Below are positions 1-10,252 of a stretch of DNA of 64,000 nucleotides, piece by piece. The stretch spans positions 1,857 to 65,856 of the forward strand of contig JAKLFY010000031.1 in assembly GCA_022710935.1 (NCBI GenBank), given 5' to 3'. The notes below the pieces were generated by a model. It searched no databases. It was not told where the DNA came from and saw only the letters and a program-made list of their open reading frames with translations. The translations under genes were made by a program, and so were the position numbers. Position 1 is the stretch's first letter. Each line of letters opens with the position of its first letter. This stretch comes from Verrucomicrobiota bacterium (GTDB lineage: Bacteria; Verrucomicrobiota; Verrucomicrobiia; Limisphaerales; J093).

Positions 1-396
1 GTCGGTCTCGCGCGCGGGGGCTTGGGCGGTGCCCGGGCCGCAGGCCGCCAGGCTCGAGATCAGGACGAGGCGGCGGATTTGGCCGGCTTGGGTGTCGAGG
101 GCGTCCACGAGGTGGGCGGTGCCACCCCGGTTGACGGCATCGAATTCCGAGAGGCGGCTCGCCTTGGTCGTCCCGGCGCAATGGATGACATGCGTGATGC
201 CGGACAGGGCTTCGCGCAGGCTGGCCGGATCGGCCACGGATCCGCGGCGCAGCTCGACGCGAGGCAGATGATTTCGGACGAACTGCAGATCGCTGGTTGG
301 CCGCGCCAGGAGGACCGCGGGAATGTCCCGGGCGCACAGCGCATCCAGGATATGACTGCCCACGAATCCGTTGCCGCCAGTCAGCAGCACTTTCAT
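1..396 (-). CDS. NAD-dependent epimerase/dehydratase-family SDR (N-terminal part only, runs off the window)
   Basis: The reverse complement of 340-396 reads MKVLLTGGNGFVGSHILDALCARDIPAVLLAR, a Rossmann GxxGxxG N-terminus. The frame stays open to position 1. The ATG at 396 lies 11 nt after the upstream gene's stop (407). It is absent from the ORF track because the window edge truncates it. Confidence 0.7.
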   Translation of the reverse strand, partial: MKVLLTGGNGFVGSHILDALCARDIPAVLLARPTSDLQFVRNHLPRVELRRGSVADPASLREALSGITHVIHCAGTTKASRLSEFDAVNRGGTAHLVDALDTQAGQIRRLVLISSLAACGPGTAQAPARETD

Positions 397-406
397 GGGC
401 AACGGC

Positions 407-1726
407 TCAAATCACACCGAGTTCGCGTCCAACCCGGCCCATCATTTCGAGTGCGAAATCGATCTGGTTGTCGGTGTGGGTGGCCATGAGGCTGATGCGC
501 AGCAACTCCTGGCCTGGCGGCACGCCGGGCGACACGACCGGGTTGACGAACACGCCCTGCTCTTCGAGTTGTCTGCAGAACTTGAATGTCGTCAACAGAT
601 CCCGCACGTACACGGGCAGGATCGGCGTCTGCGATGCCCCAAGGTCAAAACCGAGCGCCAGCAGGCCCTGCTTCATGCGGTCGGTGTTGTGCCAGAGACG
701 CTGGATGCGCTCCGGCTCGCCGGTCATGATCCTGAGGGCGGCGAGCACGGCCGCGACGTTTGCCGGGCTCATGCTGGCGCTGAAGATCAGCGGCTTCGAG
801 TGGTGTTTGAGGTAATCGATCGTGGCCTTGTCGGAGGCGATGAACCCGCCCAGGCTGGCGAGCGATTTGCTGAACGTCCCCATGATGAGGTGCACCTCAT
901 CGGTCAGGCCGAAGTGGTTCGCCGTGCCCGCCCCTCGATCCCCGAGCACGCCGATGGCATGGGCGTCGTCCACCATGACCACGGTCCCGTACTCCCTCGC
1001 CAGCTTGCACAGCTCGGGAAGCTGGATGATGTCGCCCTCCATGCTGAACACGCCGTCGACCACAATCAGCTTGCCGGCCTCGCGCTCGATCATCTGAAGC
1101 CGGTTCTCGAGCGCCGCCATGTCCTTGTGAGCGAACCGGACGAACTTGCCCTGGCACAGGAGGCAGCCTTCCACGATGCTCGCGTGATCGCTCTTGTCGG
1201 CGAGCACATACTCCCCTTTGCCGACCAGCGAGCTGATGACCCCGAGGTTGACCTGGAACCCGGTGCTGTAGAGCAGCACCGCCTCCTTTTGCACCAGCCG
1301 CGCCAGCGCCTCCTCGAGTTCGAGATGGATGTCCAGCGTCCCATTGAGAAACCGCGACCCGGCACAGCCGCCCCCGTACTTGTCCACCGCCGCCTTGGCG
1401 GCTTCCTTGATCTTCGGGTGGTTGGTCAATCCCAGGTAGCTGTTGGATCCCAGCATCAGCACCTTGCGCCCGCCGATGATGACTTCGGTGTCTTGCGCCG
1501 AGGAAATGGTCCGGAAATACGGATAGAGACCCAGGCCGCGCACCTCCTCCGCATTGCGGAACGCGCGCGTCTTCTCGAGCAGGCGCGGTACGTGGTTCGA
1601 GGGGCTGCGAGCGGACTTGGCCCCCTGCCGGCTTTCAGCGGCGGCGTCTGGAACAGCGTCCGCGTCTTCCGGCGCATCGGAGTGCGCCTGGTCTTCGAGT
1701 TCCGTCTTGGGGTCAGTGCGTTTCAT
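407..1726 (-). CDS. PLP-dependent alpha-oxoamine synthase, serine-palmitoyltransferase-like (BioF/Kbl/Spt family)
   Basis: Family motifs are present: [38 protein letters not shown] and GTFSKS (PLP lysine). I prefer the ATG at 1726 (MKRTDP...). The track start at 1753 is a GTG that overlaps the dcp stop. Confidence 0.85.
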   Translation of the reverse strand: MKRTDPKTELEDQAHSDAPEDADAVPDAAAESRQGAKSARSPSNHVPRLLEKTRAFRNAEEVRGLGLYPYFRTISSAQDTEVIIGGRKVLMLGSNSYLGLTNHPKIKEAAKAAVDKYGGGCAGSRFLNGTLDIHLELEEALARLVQKEAVLLYSTGFQVNLGVISSLVGKGEYVLADKSDHASIVEGCLLCQGKFVRFAHKDMAALENRLQMIEREAGKLIVVDGVFSMEGDIIQLPELCKLAREYGTVVMVDDAHAIGVLGDRGAGTANHFGLTDEVHLIMGTFSKSLASLGGFIASDKATIDYLKHHSKPLIFSASMSPANVAAVLAALRIMTGEPERIQRLWHNTDRMKQGLLALGFDLGASQTPILPVYVRDLLTTFKFCRQLEEQGVFVNPVVSPGVPPGQELLRISLMATHTDNQIDFALEMMGRVGRELGVI

Positions 1727-1749
1727 AATGCGATCGAAGGCCCGGCGCG

Positions 1750-3876
1750 TCACTTCCCCCCGGCAGGCACCGGGAATCCCCGATCGCGCATGAGCGCGGC
1801 GATGCCGGCGTCGCGCCCGCGGAACTGCCGGTAAGCCTCGGCCGGCTCGACCGTGTTGCCCGCCGAGAGCACGTGGCGCTTGAACCGCGCGGCGATGGAA
1901 TTGTCGTAGAGGCCGCCGGCTTCGAGGAACGCCTCCGCCGCATCGGCGGTCAGCGTGTCGGCCCAGAGGTAGCTGTAGTAGCCGGCGGAGTAGCCTTCGC
2001 CGGCAAAGATATGGGCGAAGTGGGGCATGCGATGGCGCATGACGATCTCGGAAGGCATGCCGAGTTGATCGAGTTCATCGCGCTCGAATGCCGCCGGGTC
2101 GATCGCCCGCTCGCCGGCCAGGTGCAGTTTCATGTCGATCAGGCCGCTGGCCAGGAACTCGGTCGTGGCGAACCCCTGGTTGAACTTCGAGGCCTTCTGG
2201 ATGCGCTGGGCCAGCGCGGACGGCATCGGCTCCCCGGTCTTCGAGTGGAGCGCGAACCGGTTGAGCACCTCGGGCGTCGCCAGCCAGCGCTCGTTGATCT
2301 GAGAGGGCAGCTCGACGTAATCGCGCGGCACGCGCGTGCCCGACAGCGACGGGTAGGTCACGTCCGAACACAGACCGTGCAGCGCGTGGCCGAACTCGTG
2401 GAAAAGGGTCTTGGCATCCTCCCAGGACACCAGAACCGGCTCGCCCGCGCCCCCTTTCATGAAGTTCGAGTTGTTCGAGACCAGCGTCGTGATCGGGCGA
2501 TCGAACCGTTCCTGGCTCCGATAGGCGTTCATCCAGGCCCCCGACCGCTTGCCCGTCCGCGCATACGGATCGAAATAGAACAGCCCGACGTGGCGTCCGT
2601 CGGCGGCTCGAACCTCCCAGACACGAACCTCGCCATGATACACCGGGACGTCGGGCGCGGGCGTGAAGGCCAGCCCATAGATCTGGCCGGCCGCCCAGAA
2701 CATCGCCTCGCGGAGCTTGTCGAGCTGCAGGTACGGTTTCACCTCGTTCTCATCGAGGTCGTACTTGGCCTTGCGGACCTTCTCGGCGTAAAAGCGGTAG
2801 TCCCAAGGCGCAATCTTGATCCCCGCGCCCTCGGCATCGGCGATCGCCTGCATGTCGGCGACTTCCTCGCGGACCCGGGCCAGGGCCGGCTTCCAGACCG
2901 CTTCCATCAGTTCCATCGCCCGTTCGGGGGTCCGGGCCATCGAGTTCTCGAGCCGCCAGTGGGCGTGGGTCGCGTAGCCAAGCAGCCGCGCACGCTCGGC
3001 GCGGAGCCCGAGGATCTCGGAGATCAAGGGCTTGTTGTCGTGCGCGCCGGGATGATCGCCGCGGCTGACGAAATTGCGCCAAACCTGCTCGCGCAAGTCG
3101 CGCCGTATCGAGTAGGTCAGGAACGGCTCGACGCTCGATCGGGTGTTCGCGATCACCCACTGGCCCTTCTGGTCGCGCGCCTCCGCCTCGGCCGCCGCGG
3201 CGGCCCGGAACGAATCCGGCAGCCCGGCCAGGCCGGCCGCATCCGCGATCACCGTGGCGTACCCTTCCTCGTCCGCGAGCAGATTCTGACTGAATGTGGT
3301 GTAGAGGGTCGCAAGGCGCTGGTTGATGGCCGCGACGCGCGCCTTGCCGGCGGCGTCGAGCCGCGCGCCGGCCCGGACGAACTCCGTGTGGTGCAGCCAG
3401 ACCAGGCGCTGCTGTTCGGGCGTCAGCCGGGCCTTGTCCGGCGATTGGTAGACGGCCTCGATGCGCTTGAAAAGCGCCTCGTTCTGATAGACCTCGTCGC
3501 GCAAGGCGGCCAGCTTCGGCTCGAGCTCCTGCTCGATGGCCCGGAACTCCGGCGTGCTCATCGTCGAGCCCCAGACGCCGTAAACGGCCTCGACCCGGTC
3601 CAGGGTGCGCCCCGCCTTTTCGAGCGCCGCAATCGTGTTGTCGAAACTGGCCGGAGCGGCCTGGTCGGCAATCTGGCGAATCTCGGCCCGGTAGGCCCCG
3701 ATCGCGGTCTCGAAGGCCGGTTTGAAATGCGCCACCTGCACCTGGTCGAACGGCGGCAGACCCCCGTGCGGGCCTTTCCACTCGGACGCCAGCGGTCCGG
3801 CGTCCGGCGCGTCGGACGCGGCAAGGCTCGAGGCGAGGCTGAGCGCTCCGACACCCGTCGCGAGAACGCGGCTCAT
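1750..3876 (-). CDS. dcp: M3-family peptidyl-dipeptidase (Dcp-like), secreted
   Basis: Zinc motif HEFGHALH and full-length M3 architecture. The signal-like N-terminus [20 protein letters not shown] begins at the ATG at 3876. Confidence 0.85.
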   Translation of the reverse strand: MSRVLATGVGALSLASSLAASDAPDAGPLASEWKGPHGGLPPFDQVQVAHFKPAFETAIGAYRAEIRQIADQAAPASFDNTIAALEKAGRTLDRVEAVYGVWGSTMSTPEFRAIEQELEPKLAALRDEVYQNEALFKRIEAVYQSPDKARLTPEQQRLVWLHHTEFVRAGARLDAAGKARVAAINQRLATLYTTFSQNLLADEEGYATVIADAAGLAGLPDSFRAAAAAEAEARDQKGQWVIANTRSSVEPFLTYSIRRDLREQVWRNFVSRGDHPGAHDNKPLISEILGLRAERARLLGYATHAHWRLENSMARTPERAMELMEAVWKPALARVREEVADMQAIADAEGAGIKIAPWDYRFYAEKVRKAKYDLDENEVKPYLQLDKLREAMFWAAGQIYGLAFTPAPDVPVYHGEVRVWEVRAADGRHVGLFYFDPYARTGKRSGAWMNAYRSQERFDRPITTLVSNNSNFMKGGAGEPVLVSWEDAKTLFHEFGHALHGLCSDVTYPSLSGTRVPRDYVELPSQINERWLATPEVLNRFALHSKTGEPMPSALAQRIQKASKFNQGFATTEFLASGLIDMKLHLAGERAIDPAAFERDELDQLGMPSEIVMRHRMPHFAHIFAGEGYSAGYYSYLWADTLTADAAEAFLEAGGLYDNSIAARFKRHVLSAGNTVEPAEAYRQFRGRDAGIAALMRDRGFPVPAGGK

Positions 3877-3999
3877 AGAACGAAAGAACCTGGCGCTCGA
3901 TGCGCCCCTCGAATAGCCATGATCACAATGCACAAGTCAGATGGAACCGAACGTCTTAAGCTCAACGCTCAACGGAACGGGGCGTGGAATGTACGGGTG

Positions 4000-5100
4000 T
4001 CAGTTGGCTGCGCGGCCCGAGATGCCCTTGGTGCCTTTGGCGATGGCGCGGGCGGATTCCTTGGGCCGGAGAGCGCGCACGGCGGCGCCGGCCTGCCACA
4101 TCTCGGAATCGCGAATCGCGCGCAGTTCCTTTTGCAGTTGGGCCTGGTAATTGGGGGCGCCGCACGCCTTGAGCACTCGGGCGCATTCCTTGCCGGTTTT
4201 GACGCGCTGATAAAGCTCCTTGAACACCGGCAGGACCGCCTTCCTGAACCGCGGCTTCCAATCGAGCGCGCCGCGCTGGGCGGTGGCCGAGCAGTTCGAG
4301 TACATCCAGTCCATGCCGTTCTCGTCGACCAGCCGGATGAGGCTCTGGGTCAGTTCCTCGACCGTTTCGTTGAAGGCCTCGCTCGGCGTGTGGCCGTTGG
4401 CGCGCAGCACATCGTACTGGGCTTCCATGATGCCGGCCAGGGCGCCCATGAGCACGCCGCGCTCGCCGGTCAGGTCGCTGAAGACCTCGTGTTCGAACGT
4501 GGTGGGGAAGAGGTAGCCCGATCCGATCCCGATGCCGATCGCCAGGCAGCGTTCCTCGGCGCGCCCTGTGGCGTCCTGCTCGACCGCGAAGCTCGAATTG
4601 ATGCCGGCGCCGGTCAGGAAGTTGCGGCGCACCGAGGTGCCGGATCCCTTCGGGGCGACCATGATGACGTCGACGTCGGCCGGGGGGACGATGCCGGTCT
4701 GCTTCCTGTAGGCGATCGAGAATCCGTGGGAGAAATAGAGGGCGTCGCCCGGTTTGAGGTTGGCCTTGATGACGGGCCAGACGACGCGCTGGGCGGCATC
4801 GGAGACGAGGATCTGGACGATCGTGGCGCGGCGGACCGCCTCGTCGATTTCGAAGAGCGTCTTGCCCGGTTTCCATCCGTCCTGCACGGCGCGGTCCCAG
4901 TCGCGCTTGAACTGGCTGGCCTGGCCGACGATGACGTTGAAGCCGTTGTCACGCAGGTTGAGCGATTGGGCCGGGCCCTGGACGCCGTACCCGATGATGG
5001 CGATCACCTCGTTCTTGAGGACCTTGCGCGCCTTGGCCATCGGGAATTCTTTGCGCGTGATGACCTGTTCCCGTGTGCCGCCGAAATCAATAGTTGCCAT
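4000..5100 (-). CDS. ilvC: ketol-acid reductoisomerase
   Basis: MATIDFGGTREQV... followed by IIGYGVQGPAQSLNLRDNG (Rossmann) and the conserved IlvC core. I prefer the ATG at 5100 over the upstream MSHHHHGILT extension. Confidence 0.9.
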   Translation of the reverse strand: MATIDFGGTREQVITRKEFPMAKARKVLKNEVIAIIGYGVQGPAQSLNLRDNGFNVIVGQASQFKRDWDRAVQDGWKPGKTLFEIDEAVRRATIVQILVSDAAQRVVWPVIKANLKPGDALYFSHGFSIAYRKQTGIVPPADVDVIMVAPKGSGTSVRRNFLTGAGINSSFAVEQDATGRAEERCLAIGIGIGSGYLFPTTFEHEVFSDLTGERGVLMGALAGIMEAQYDVLRANGHTPSEAFNETVEELTQSLIRLVDENGMDWMYSNCSATAQRGALDWKPRFRKAVLPVFKELYQRVKTGKECARVLKACGAPNYQAQLQKELRAIRDSEMWQAGAAVRALRPKESARAIAKGTKGISGRAAN

Positions 5101-5274
5101 GGTCAATATGCCGTGATGGTGGTGTGACATTCACAGTGCCACACCGGGTTGTGTCTCTGTCTGTTTGTCGATCCGCCTGTTCCCACCCGGGTGTCGGGCT
5201 CCAGGAACCGAACCAACCGGACCCGATGTTCGCCGGAGGAGGCGCCAGGCGTCAAATAGAAAGCCGGATTCCCC

Positions 5275-5748
5275 TCATTTCCGGGGCAAAGCCACCTTGC
5301 CCGTCCGCGTCAGTTCGAGAATGCCGAAGGCCTTCATCAGTTCGATGAACTTCTCGACCTTGCTCTCGTCGCCCGTGATCTCGATGGTGAGCGTCTTGGG
5401 TTGGACGTCGATGATTTTGGCCCTGAAGATGTCGGTGATCTGCATGACCTCGGCGCGCGTCTTCGAGTCGACGCCCACCTTGATCATGGCCAGCTCGCGA
5501 TCGACGAATTCGCCTTCCCGGAAGTCCTGCACCTTGACGGTCTCGACCAGCTTCTCGAGCTGCTTGACGATCTGGTCCACCGTCGCGTCGTTCCCCCGCG
5601 TGACGATCGTCATGCGAGACATGGTCGGATCCTGTGTCGGAGCAACGTTGAGCGTGTCGATGTTGAAGCCGCGTCCGCTAAACAGACCGGCCACGCGCGT
5701 CAGCACGCCAAACTTGTTCTCGACCAACACGGAAATGGTGTGTCGCAT
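5275..5748 (-). CDS. ilvH: acetolactate synthase small (regulatory) subunit
   Basis: ACT-domain N-terminus MRHTISVLVENKFGVLTRVAGLFSGRGFNIDTLNVAPT. It is 157 aa and lies directly upstream of ilvC. Confidence 0.9.
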   Translation of the reverse strand: MRHTISVLVENKFGVLTRVAGLFSGRGFNIDTLNVAPTQDPTMSRMTIVTRGNDATVDQIVKQLEKLVETVKVQDFREGEFVDRELAMIKVGVDSKTRAEVMQITDIFRAKIIDVQPKTLTIEITGDESKVEKFIELMKAFGILELTRTGKVALPRK

Positions 5749-5834
5749 GGTTCAATTGCTATCAATCGCCCCGCCCGGCGGTCAAAACAAATCCAGAACC
5801 AGATCGTCCCTGGCGCACCTGATCCGACAAAGAG

Positions 5835-5925
5835 GGGTCAGTTCTTGAGTTTGTCATATTCTTCTGCTGCCCGTTGGCGCTGACGCACCAATATGCCAAT
5901 ATCAAGAACTGACCCGTTTGTGGAC
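5835..5925. repeat. perfect 14-bp inverted repeat (GGGTCAGTTCTTGA ... TCAAGAACTGACCC) around a 63-nt AT-richer spacer
   Basis: Arms at 5835-5848 and 5912-5925 are exact reverse complements. The element sits 87-177 nt upstream of the ilvH start. Confidence 0.7.
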
Positions 5926-6104
5926 CTCCTGGCCTACAGGGGCAGACATCGAGGTTGTAGGCCGCGTGCCCCCACGCGGCGCGAAGACACACACCGGCGC
6001 AAACGCCGGATCGGGGCACCCGACCCGATTGCCGGGAATCTCTCTCCGGTGTGGGCCGGTGCCCTCACCGGGCGAGGGAACACGGACAGCAACCGGATCC
6101 ACCG
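5925..6104. repeat. MITE/REP-like composite element, copy A
   Basis: Contains the hairpin GGCCTACA..TGTAGGCC, the family core GCCGCGTG-CCCC-CACGCGGC (5961-5980), and the arm GGTGCCCTCACCGGGCGA...CAACCGGATCCACCG. The other family copies are at 17905, 46007, 59585 and 62850. Confidence 0.75.
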
Positions 6105-6191
6105 GGCGGAGGGGGGGAATCGCCTCGAAACTGTTGCGCGAACGCGGTCAAGCGGCTAGTTTGCGCACAACTTGGCCATAGCGCATTAACC

Positions 6192-7121
6192 ATGTCACGC
6201 AGACTCAGTGCCATCGCCCCCGATTGGTGGGACTACACGACGCTGGATGAGGAGATCATTCGGGCCGCCGCCCGGCTCACGCCGGAGAAGATGCTGCGGC
6301 TTGCGCGTCCGGGCTTCAAAGTGGTGTTTTATGACACGCTCGAGAGCTTCTACCTGGCGGAAGCGCTCGAGTACATTGACGCCTGGCGCCAGTCGACCGA
6401 CGACAATCCGGTGGGGATCTGCGGGCCGATCGGCCCGACCGAGCAGCTTCCCCTGGTCGCCCAGATCGTCAATACCCTCGACCTCGACATCCGCTCCGCG
6501 CATTTCTGGGGCATGGACGAATGGTACCTCGATGGTCGCGAGGCGCCGCTGGACCATCCGCTCTCGTTCGAACGGGCCGACCGCGCGCTCTGCTTCGATC
6601 GCATCCGCAAGAATCTCCGGATGCCCGACGCCCACCTCCACTTCCCGAAGGCCGACACGGCGCCATATCGGCGGAGCTGGGACGGCGTGCGTTGCGCTGT
6701 CATGCAGGGCGGCCAGGGCGACGTGAAGCATTGGGCCTTCAACGATCCGCCGCGGCGCCGGGGCAAGTACAAGGACCAGCCGCCGTCGCCGGCGGAATAC
6801 CGGAAGCTGGCGACCCGTGTGGTGGATTTGCATCCATTGACGGTGGCGCAGAATGCCCGCACCTCGGGAGGCGGCAACATCGCGTTGGTGCCCACGCAAG
6901 CCTTGAGTGTCGGCCCGGTCGAGACATGGAAGGCCGAGAAAGTGTCGATCTGGCATGCCGGCAACCACGACAACCCATTCGGCCAGCGGTTGACAGCATT
7001 CATGATTGCGGAGCGGATCGCCGACGCGGCGGTGCCGATGTCCCTGCTCGCCGACCATCCGAACGTCCAGTTTAACTACTACCGCCGGGGCATCGGGACA
7101 TGCGACGTGGAGATGCACTGA
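6192..7121 (+). CDS. glucosamine-6-phosphate deaminase/isomerase-like (NagB/6-phosphogluconolactonase superfamily) protein
   Basis: Motifs GMDEW and [15 protein letters not shown] in a 309-aa ORF starting at ATG 6192. Its last 22 nt overlap the next gene's start. Confidence 0.6.
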   Translation: MSRRLSAIAPDWWDYTTLDEEIIRAAARLTPEKMLRLARPGFKVVFYDTLESFYLAEALEYIDAWRQSTDDNPVGICGPIGPTEQLPLVAQIVNTLDLDIRSAHFWGMDEWYLDGREAPLDHPLSFERADRALCFDRIRKNLRMPDAHLHFPKADTAPYRRSWDGVRCAVMQGGQGDVKHWAFNDPPRRRGKYKDQPPSPAEYRKLATRVVDLHPLTVAQNARTSGGGNIALVPTQALSVGPVETWKAEKVSIWHAGNHDNPFGQRLTAFMIAERIADAAVPMSLLADHPNVQFNYYRRGIGTCDVEMH

Positions 7122-8164
7122 GACCGGCCGAGTCTTCGGGTTCGAACGGCTCGCGCCGGGATTTCCTGCGCAGGAACCTGCAGGCGAGCGGTCTGCTGGG
7201 GGCTGTGGGCGCGTTGGCGGCGTCCGGACCCAATGTCCGGGCCGCCCGTAGCAGCGCCGAGAACCCGTTCGCCTATGACGTCGGCAAGTTCGAGCGGACG
7301 GATCCCAAGTTCATTCACTACGAGGAGACGGCCCGGTTCAAGTCGCCCCGTCCCGAACCGCGGCGGCTTGCGCTGGGGCCGGAGGGCGCGCTCCACGTGG
7401 CCGCCGGCGACTCGGTCGTGCGTCTGGGGGAGGGCGGCGGGGTCGACTTCGAGATTGCGCTCGCCGGGCCGGCGCAGTGTCTGGGTGTGGCCAGGGACGG
7501 GCTTCTCTACGTCGCGCTGCGCGATCATATCGAGGTCTTCGATGCCAGGGGCCAGCGGACGGCTGTCTGGAGTTCGCCGGTGTCGAAGACATGGCTGACC
7601 GGCGTGGCGGTGGGCGAGGACGGTCTTTTTGCGGCGGATTCCGGCGGTCGCGCGGTGTTGCGGTACGATCGCTCGGGCCGGCTTCTGGGGCGGATCGGCG
7701 AGCAGGACAAGGAGCGCGGCATTCCCGGTTTTGTGCTTCCGAGTCCGTTCCTCGATGTCGAACTGCATCGCGACGGTCTCCTGCGGGTGAACAACCCCGG
7801 CAGGCACCGGGTTGAACTGTACACGGCGTCGGGCGATCTCGAACTGGCGTGGGGGAGACCGACGGCGGCAATCGACGGTTTTTGCGGCTGCTGCAATCCG
7901 ATCAATCTGGCGACGCTGCCTGACGGGCGCTGCGTGACCTGCGAGAAGGGGCTGCGGCGCGTGAAGGTTTACAGTGCCCTGGGCGAGTTCGAATGCGTCG
8001 TTTCCGGAGCGGAGTCGTTTGCCCAGAGCGTGCCCCCGGGCGTCAGCATGGCGAAGGCCGCGCTGGATGCGGTGGCTGATGCGCGGGGCCGCATCTTCAT
8101 ACTCGATCCGCTGGCGGGGGACATCCGCGTGATGGCCCGCAAGCGCGAAGGAGCTTCCTCATGA
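7100..8164 (+). CDS. Tat-exported NHL-repeat beta-propeller protein with a C-terminal Cys cluster
   Basis: Twin-arginine signal [26 protein letters not shown]. Repeated NHL-like blades are visible ([24 protein letters not shown]). The Cys cluster is [25 protein letters not shown]. Confidence 0.65.
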   Translation: MRRGDALRPAESSGSNGSRRDFLRRNLQASGLLGAVGALAASGPNVRAARSSAENPFAYDVGKFERTDPKFIHYEETARFKSPRPEPRRLALGPEGALHVAAGDSVVRLGEGGGVDFEIALAGPAQCLGVARDGLLYVALRDHIEVFDARGQRTAVWSSPVSKTWLTGVAVGEDGLFAADSGGRAVLRYDRSGRLLGRIGEQDKERGIPGFVLPSPFLDVELHRDGLLRVNNPGRHRVELYTASGDLELAWGRPTAAIDGFCGCCNPINLATLPDGRCVTCEKGLRRVKVYSALGEFECVVSGAESFAQSVPPGVSMAKAALDAVADARGRIFILDPLAGDIRVMARKREGASS

Positions 8165-8730
8165 CGCCTCGATCTCCAGGAGAGGGCCCGGTGAGTCGCC
8201 GCAATTTCCTGCGCAACGGGGCGCGGGTGGCGGCCCTGACGGGCGTGGGCGCGGTGGTTGGGACCCTTGTGCACCGCACGAGCAGTCAGACCACCGTCTG
8301 GCAGATCGATCCCTTGAAGTGTCTGCGCTGCGGGCGTTGCGCGACCGAGTGTGTGCTCGATCAATCGGCGGTGAAGTGCGTGCATTCGTACGATCTTTGC
8401 GGCTACTGCGAGCTGTGCACCGGCTATTTCGTGCCTGAGCCCAATGCCCTCAACACGGGCGCGGAGAACCAGCTCTGCCCGACGGGCGCCATCCAGCGCA
8501 AGTACATCGAGGATCCGTATTACGAGTACACCATCGACGAGGCGCTGTGCATCGGATGCGGCAAATGTGTCGAGGGGTGCAGCCGGTTCGGCAACGGCTC
8601 GCTCTACCTTCAGGTGCGCCAGCATCTCTGCCTCAATTGCAGCGAATGTGCCATCGGGCGGGTCTGCCCGGGCGACGCCTTCCGCCGCGTGCCGGTGAGC
8701 CAACCGTATTTGCTCAAGACCTCGCACTGA
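8161..8730 (+). CDS. Tat-signal 4Fe-4S polyferredoxin (NapG/MauM-like)
   Basis: Tat motif SRRNFLRNGARVAALTG. Several Cys motifs are present (CLRCGRCATEC, CIGCGKCVEGC, CLNCSECAIGRVCP). The ATG at 8161 overlaps the previous stop (ATGA). Confidence 0.75.
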   Translation: MTPRSPGEGPVSRRNFLRNGARVAALTGVGAVVGTLVHRTSSQTTVWQIDPLKCLRCGRCATECVLDQSAVKCVHSYDLCGYCELCTGYFVPEPNALNTGAENQLCPTGAIQRKYIEDPYYEYTIDEALCIGCGKCVEGCSRFGNGSLYLQVRQHLCLNCSECAIGRVCPGDAFRRVPVSQPYLLKTSH

Positions 8731-8737
8731 GCCGCGC

Positions 8738-10237
8738 ATGAGGGACGATACGCCACGAGGTCTCGGAGGGGGCGCCAAAAGGCCGTCTGCCGGTCCGGAC
8801 ACCGCTCAACGCGGGAAGTCGCACTCGATGGACCTCGACATTGAGAGCGGCGTTGAAGCGCCGCTCTCGAAGCGCTGGCTCTGGCCCGCATTCCTCGCGT
8901 TGGCAATTGTCTGGGTGTGCGGCGGGACGGCGGCCCTGGGCGAGGCGCGGTTCCCTCCGCCAGAGTTCGAAAGCGGGCATGCGCTGCCCTTGACCGCGAC
9001 GCCGAGCCCGCGGTCTCTGGCCATGCAGCACGTCGACGTGGCGGCGCTCGTGGGGGCGCTTGGGTTGGCGTGTTACCTGGTGCATCGGCGACGGTCGCGA
9101 CGGGGCATCATTGCGCTGTCCCTGTTCTCGCTGATCTACTTCGGGTTCTACCGCGAGGGATGCATCTGCGCGATCGGGGCGGTGCAGAACGTGGCCTTGG
9201 CCTTGTGCGATGCGAGCTACGCGCTGCCCATGACGGTGCTCGTTTTCTTCTTTGCGCCTTTGGTGGTGGCGTTGTTTGCCGGACGGACGTTTTGCGCCGC
9301 GGTGTGTCCCCATGGAGCGCTGCAGGATCTGGTCTTGATCAAGCCGGTGAAGGTGCCCGCCTGGCTCGACCACGCTTTGAGCGTGGTGCCGTTCCTCTTT
9401 CTCGGGGCCGGTCTCGCCTTTGCGGCGACCGGCAGCGCGTTTATCATCTGCCGCTACGACCCTTTTGTGCCGCTCTTTCGACTGACCGGGAGCGCGACGC
9501 TGCTGACTTTGGGCGGGCTCTTTGTCCTGGCGAGCCTCTTTATCGGGCGCCCGTACTGCCGGTTCCTCTGCCCGTATGGGGCGTTGTTGCGCCTGGCGGC
9601 GCTCGCCTCGAAATGGCGGGTGCGCATCACCCCGGACTTCTGCACCCAATGCCGCCTCTGCGAAGAGGCCTGTCCCTACGGTGCGATTCGCGAGCCAGCG
9701 CTCACGTCGACCACGCCGCCGGTCCTGGTCCCGGCCCGGCGGCGCCTTGGCCGGCTGCTGCTCCTGCTGCCGGTCGCTTTGTTTGTCGGCGGCTGGGTGG
9801 GGTCCAAGCTGAGCGTTCCATTCTCGAAAGTGCACCCGACCGTCGCCCTGGCGGAGCGCTACGCCGATCCCAACAAGCCAACCGTGATGCCCATCCCGGC
9901 CACGCCGGACAGCCTCGCGTTGGGGCGCGCCGAGCGGGATGCGCCGCAGTTGGTTGCGGCCGCTGTGGACATTCGCCGCCGATTCGTTCTGTCCGGCTGG
10001 CTCTTCGGCGGTTGGACTGTGCTGGTGGTTTTTGCGAAGCTGATCGGCTTGTCCGTGCGACCGGATCGAACCGACTTCGAGCCGGATCGGGGCGCCTGCG
10101 TGGCGTGCGCGCGCTGTTTCATGGCGTGTCCCAACGAGCGGGTGCGGCTCGGGCTCCTGCCTGCGTCCGCCATTCCGACCCGCCCCGGACCGGGACTTGG
10201 AACCGGCCCGACGGCGGCTGGAACGAAACGGGATTGA
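8738..10237 (+). CDS. NapH/MauN/NosR-type integral-membrane 4Fe-4S protein
   Basis: Two CxxxCP motifs (FCAAVCPHG, YCRFLCPYG), two CxxCxxCxxxCP motifs (CTQCRLCEEACP, CVACARCFMACP) and multiple TM helices. An alternative start is the ATG at 8828 (MDLDIES). Confidence 0.75.
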   Translation: MRDDTPRGLGGGAKRPSAGPDTAQRGKSHSMDLDIESGVEAPLSKRWLWPAFLALAIVWVCGGTAALGEARFPPPEFESGHALPLTATPSPRSLAMQHVDVAALVGALGLACYLVHRRRSRRGIIALSLFSLIYFGFYREGCICAIGAVQNVALALCDASYALPMTVLVFFFAPLVVALFAGRTFCAAVCPHGALQDLVLIKPVKVPAWLDHALSVVPFLFLGAGLAFAATGSAFIICRYDPFVPLFRLTGSATLLTLGGLFVLASLFIGRPYCRFLCPYGALLRLAALASKWRVRITPDFCTQCRLCEEACPYGAIREPALTSTTPPVLVPARRRLGRLLLLLPVALFVGGWVGSKLSVPFSKVHPTVALAERYADPNKPTVMPIPATPDSLALGRAERDAPQLVAAAVDIRRRFVLSGWLFGGWTVLVVFAKLIGLSVRPDRTDFEPDRGACVACARCFMACPNERVRLGLLPASAIPTRPGPGLGTGPTAAGTKRD

Positions 10238-10252
10238 AGCGCCTCGAGTCGC

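Noticed and set aside
1873-5127. Very long ORFs lie antisense to or overlapping well-supported genes. Examples are 1873-5127 (+, 1084 aa), 48172-51045 (-, 957 aa), 8714-10384 (-), 8917-11010 (+), 40772-42601 (-) and 58516-59784 (-).
   Set aside because: Their products are Arg/Ala/Gly/Pro-rich low-complexity strings with no motifs. They overlap genes with clear family signatures, and such stop-free frames are expected at about 65% GC.
5749-6191. I checked the larger intergenic regions for tRNA, tmRNA, SRP or RNase P genes. The regions were 5749-6191, 17576-18199, 24169-24568, 45846-46218 and 62732-63055.
   Set aside because: No cloverleaf-compatible sequence or conserved ncRNA consensus was recognisable. 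Dispersed repeat elements account for these regions.
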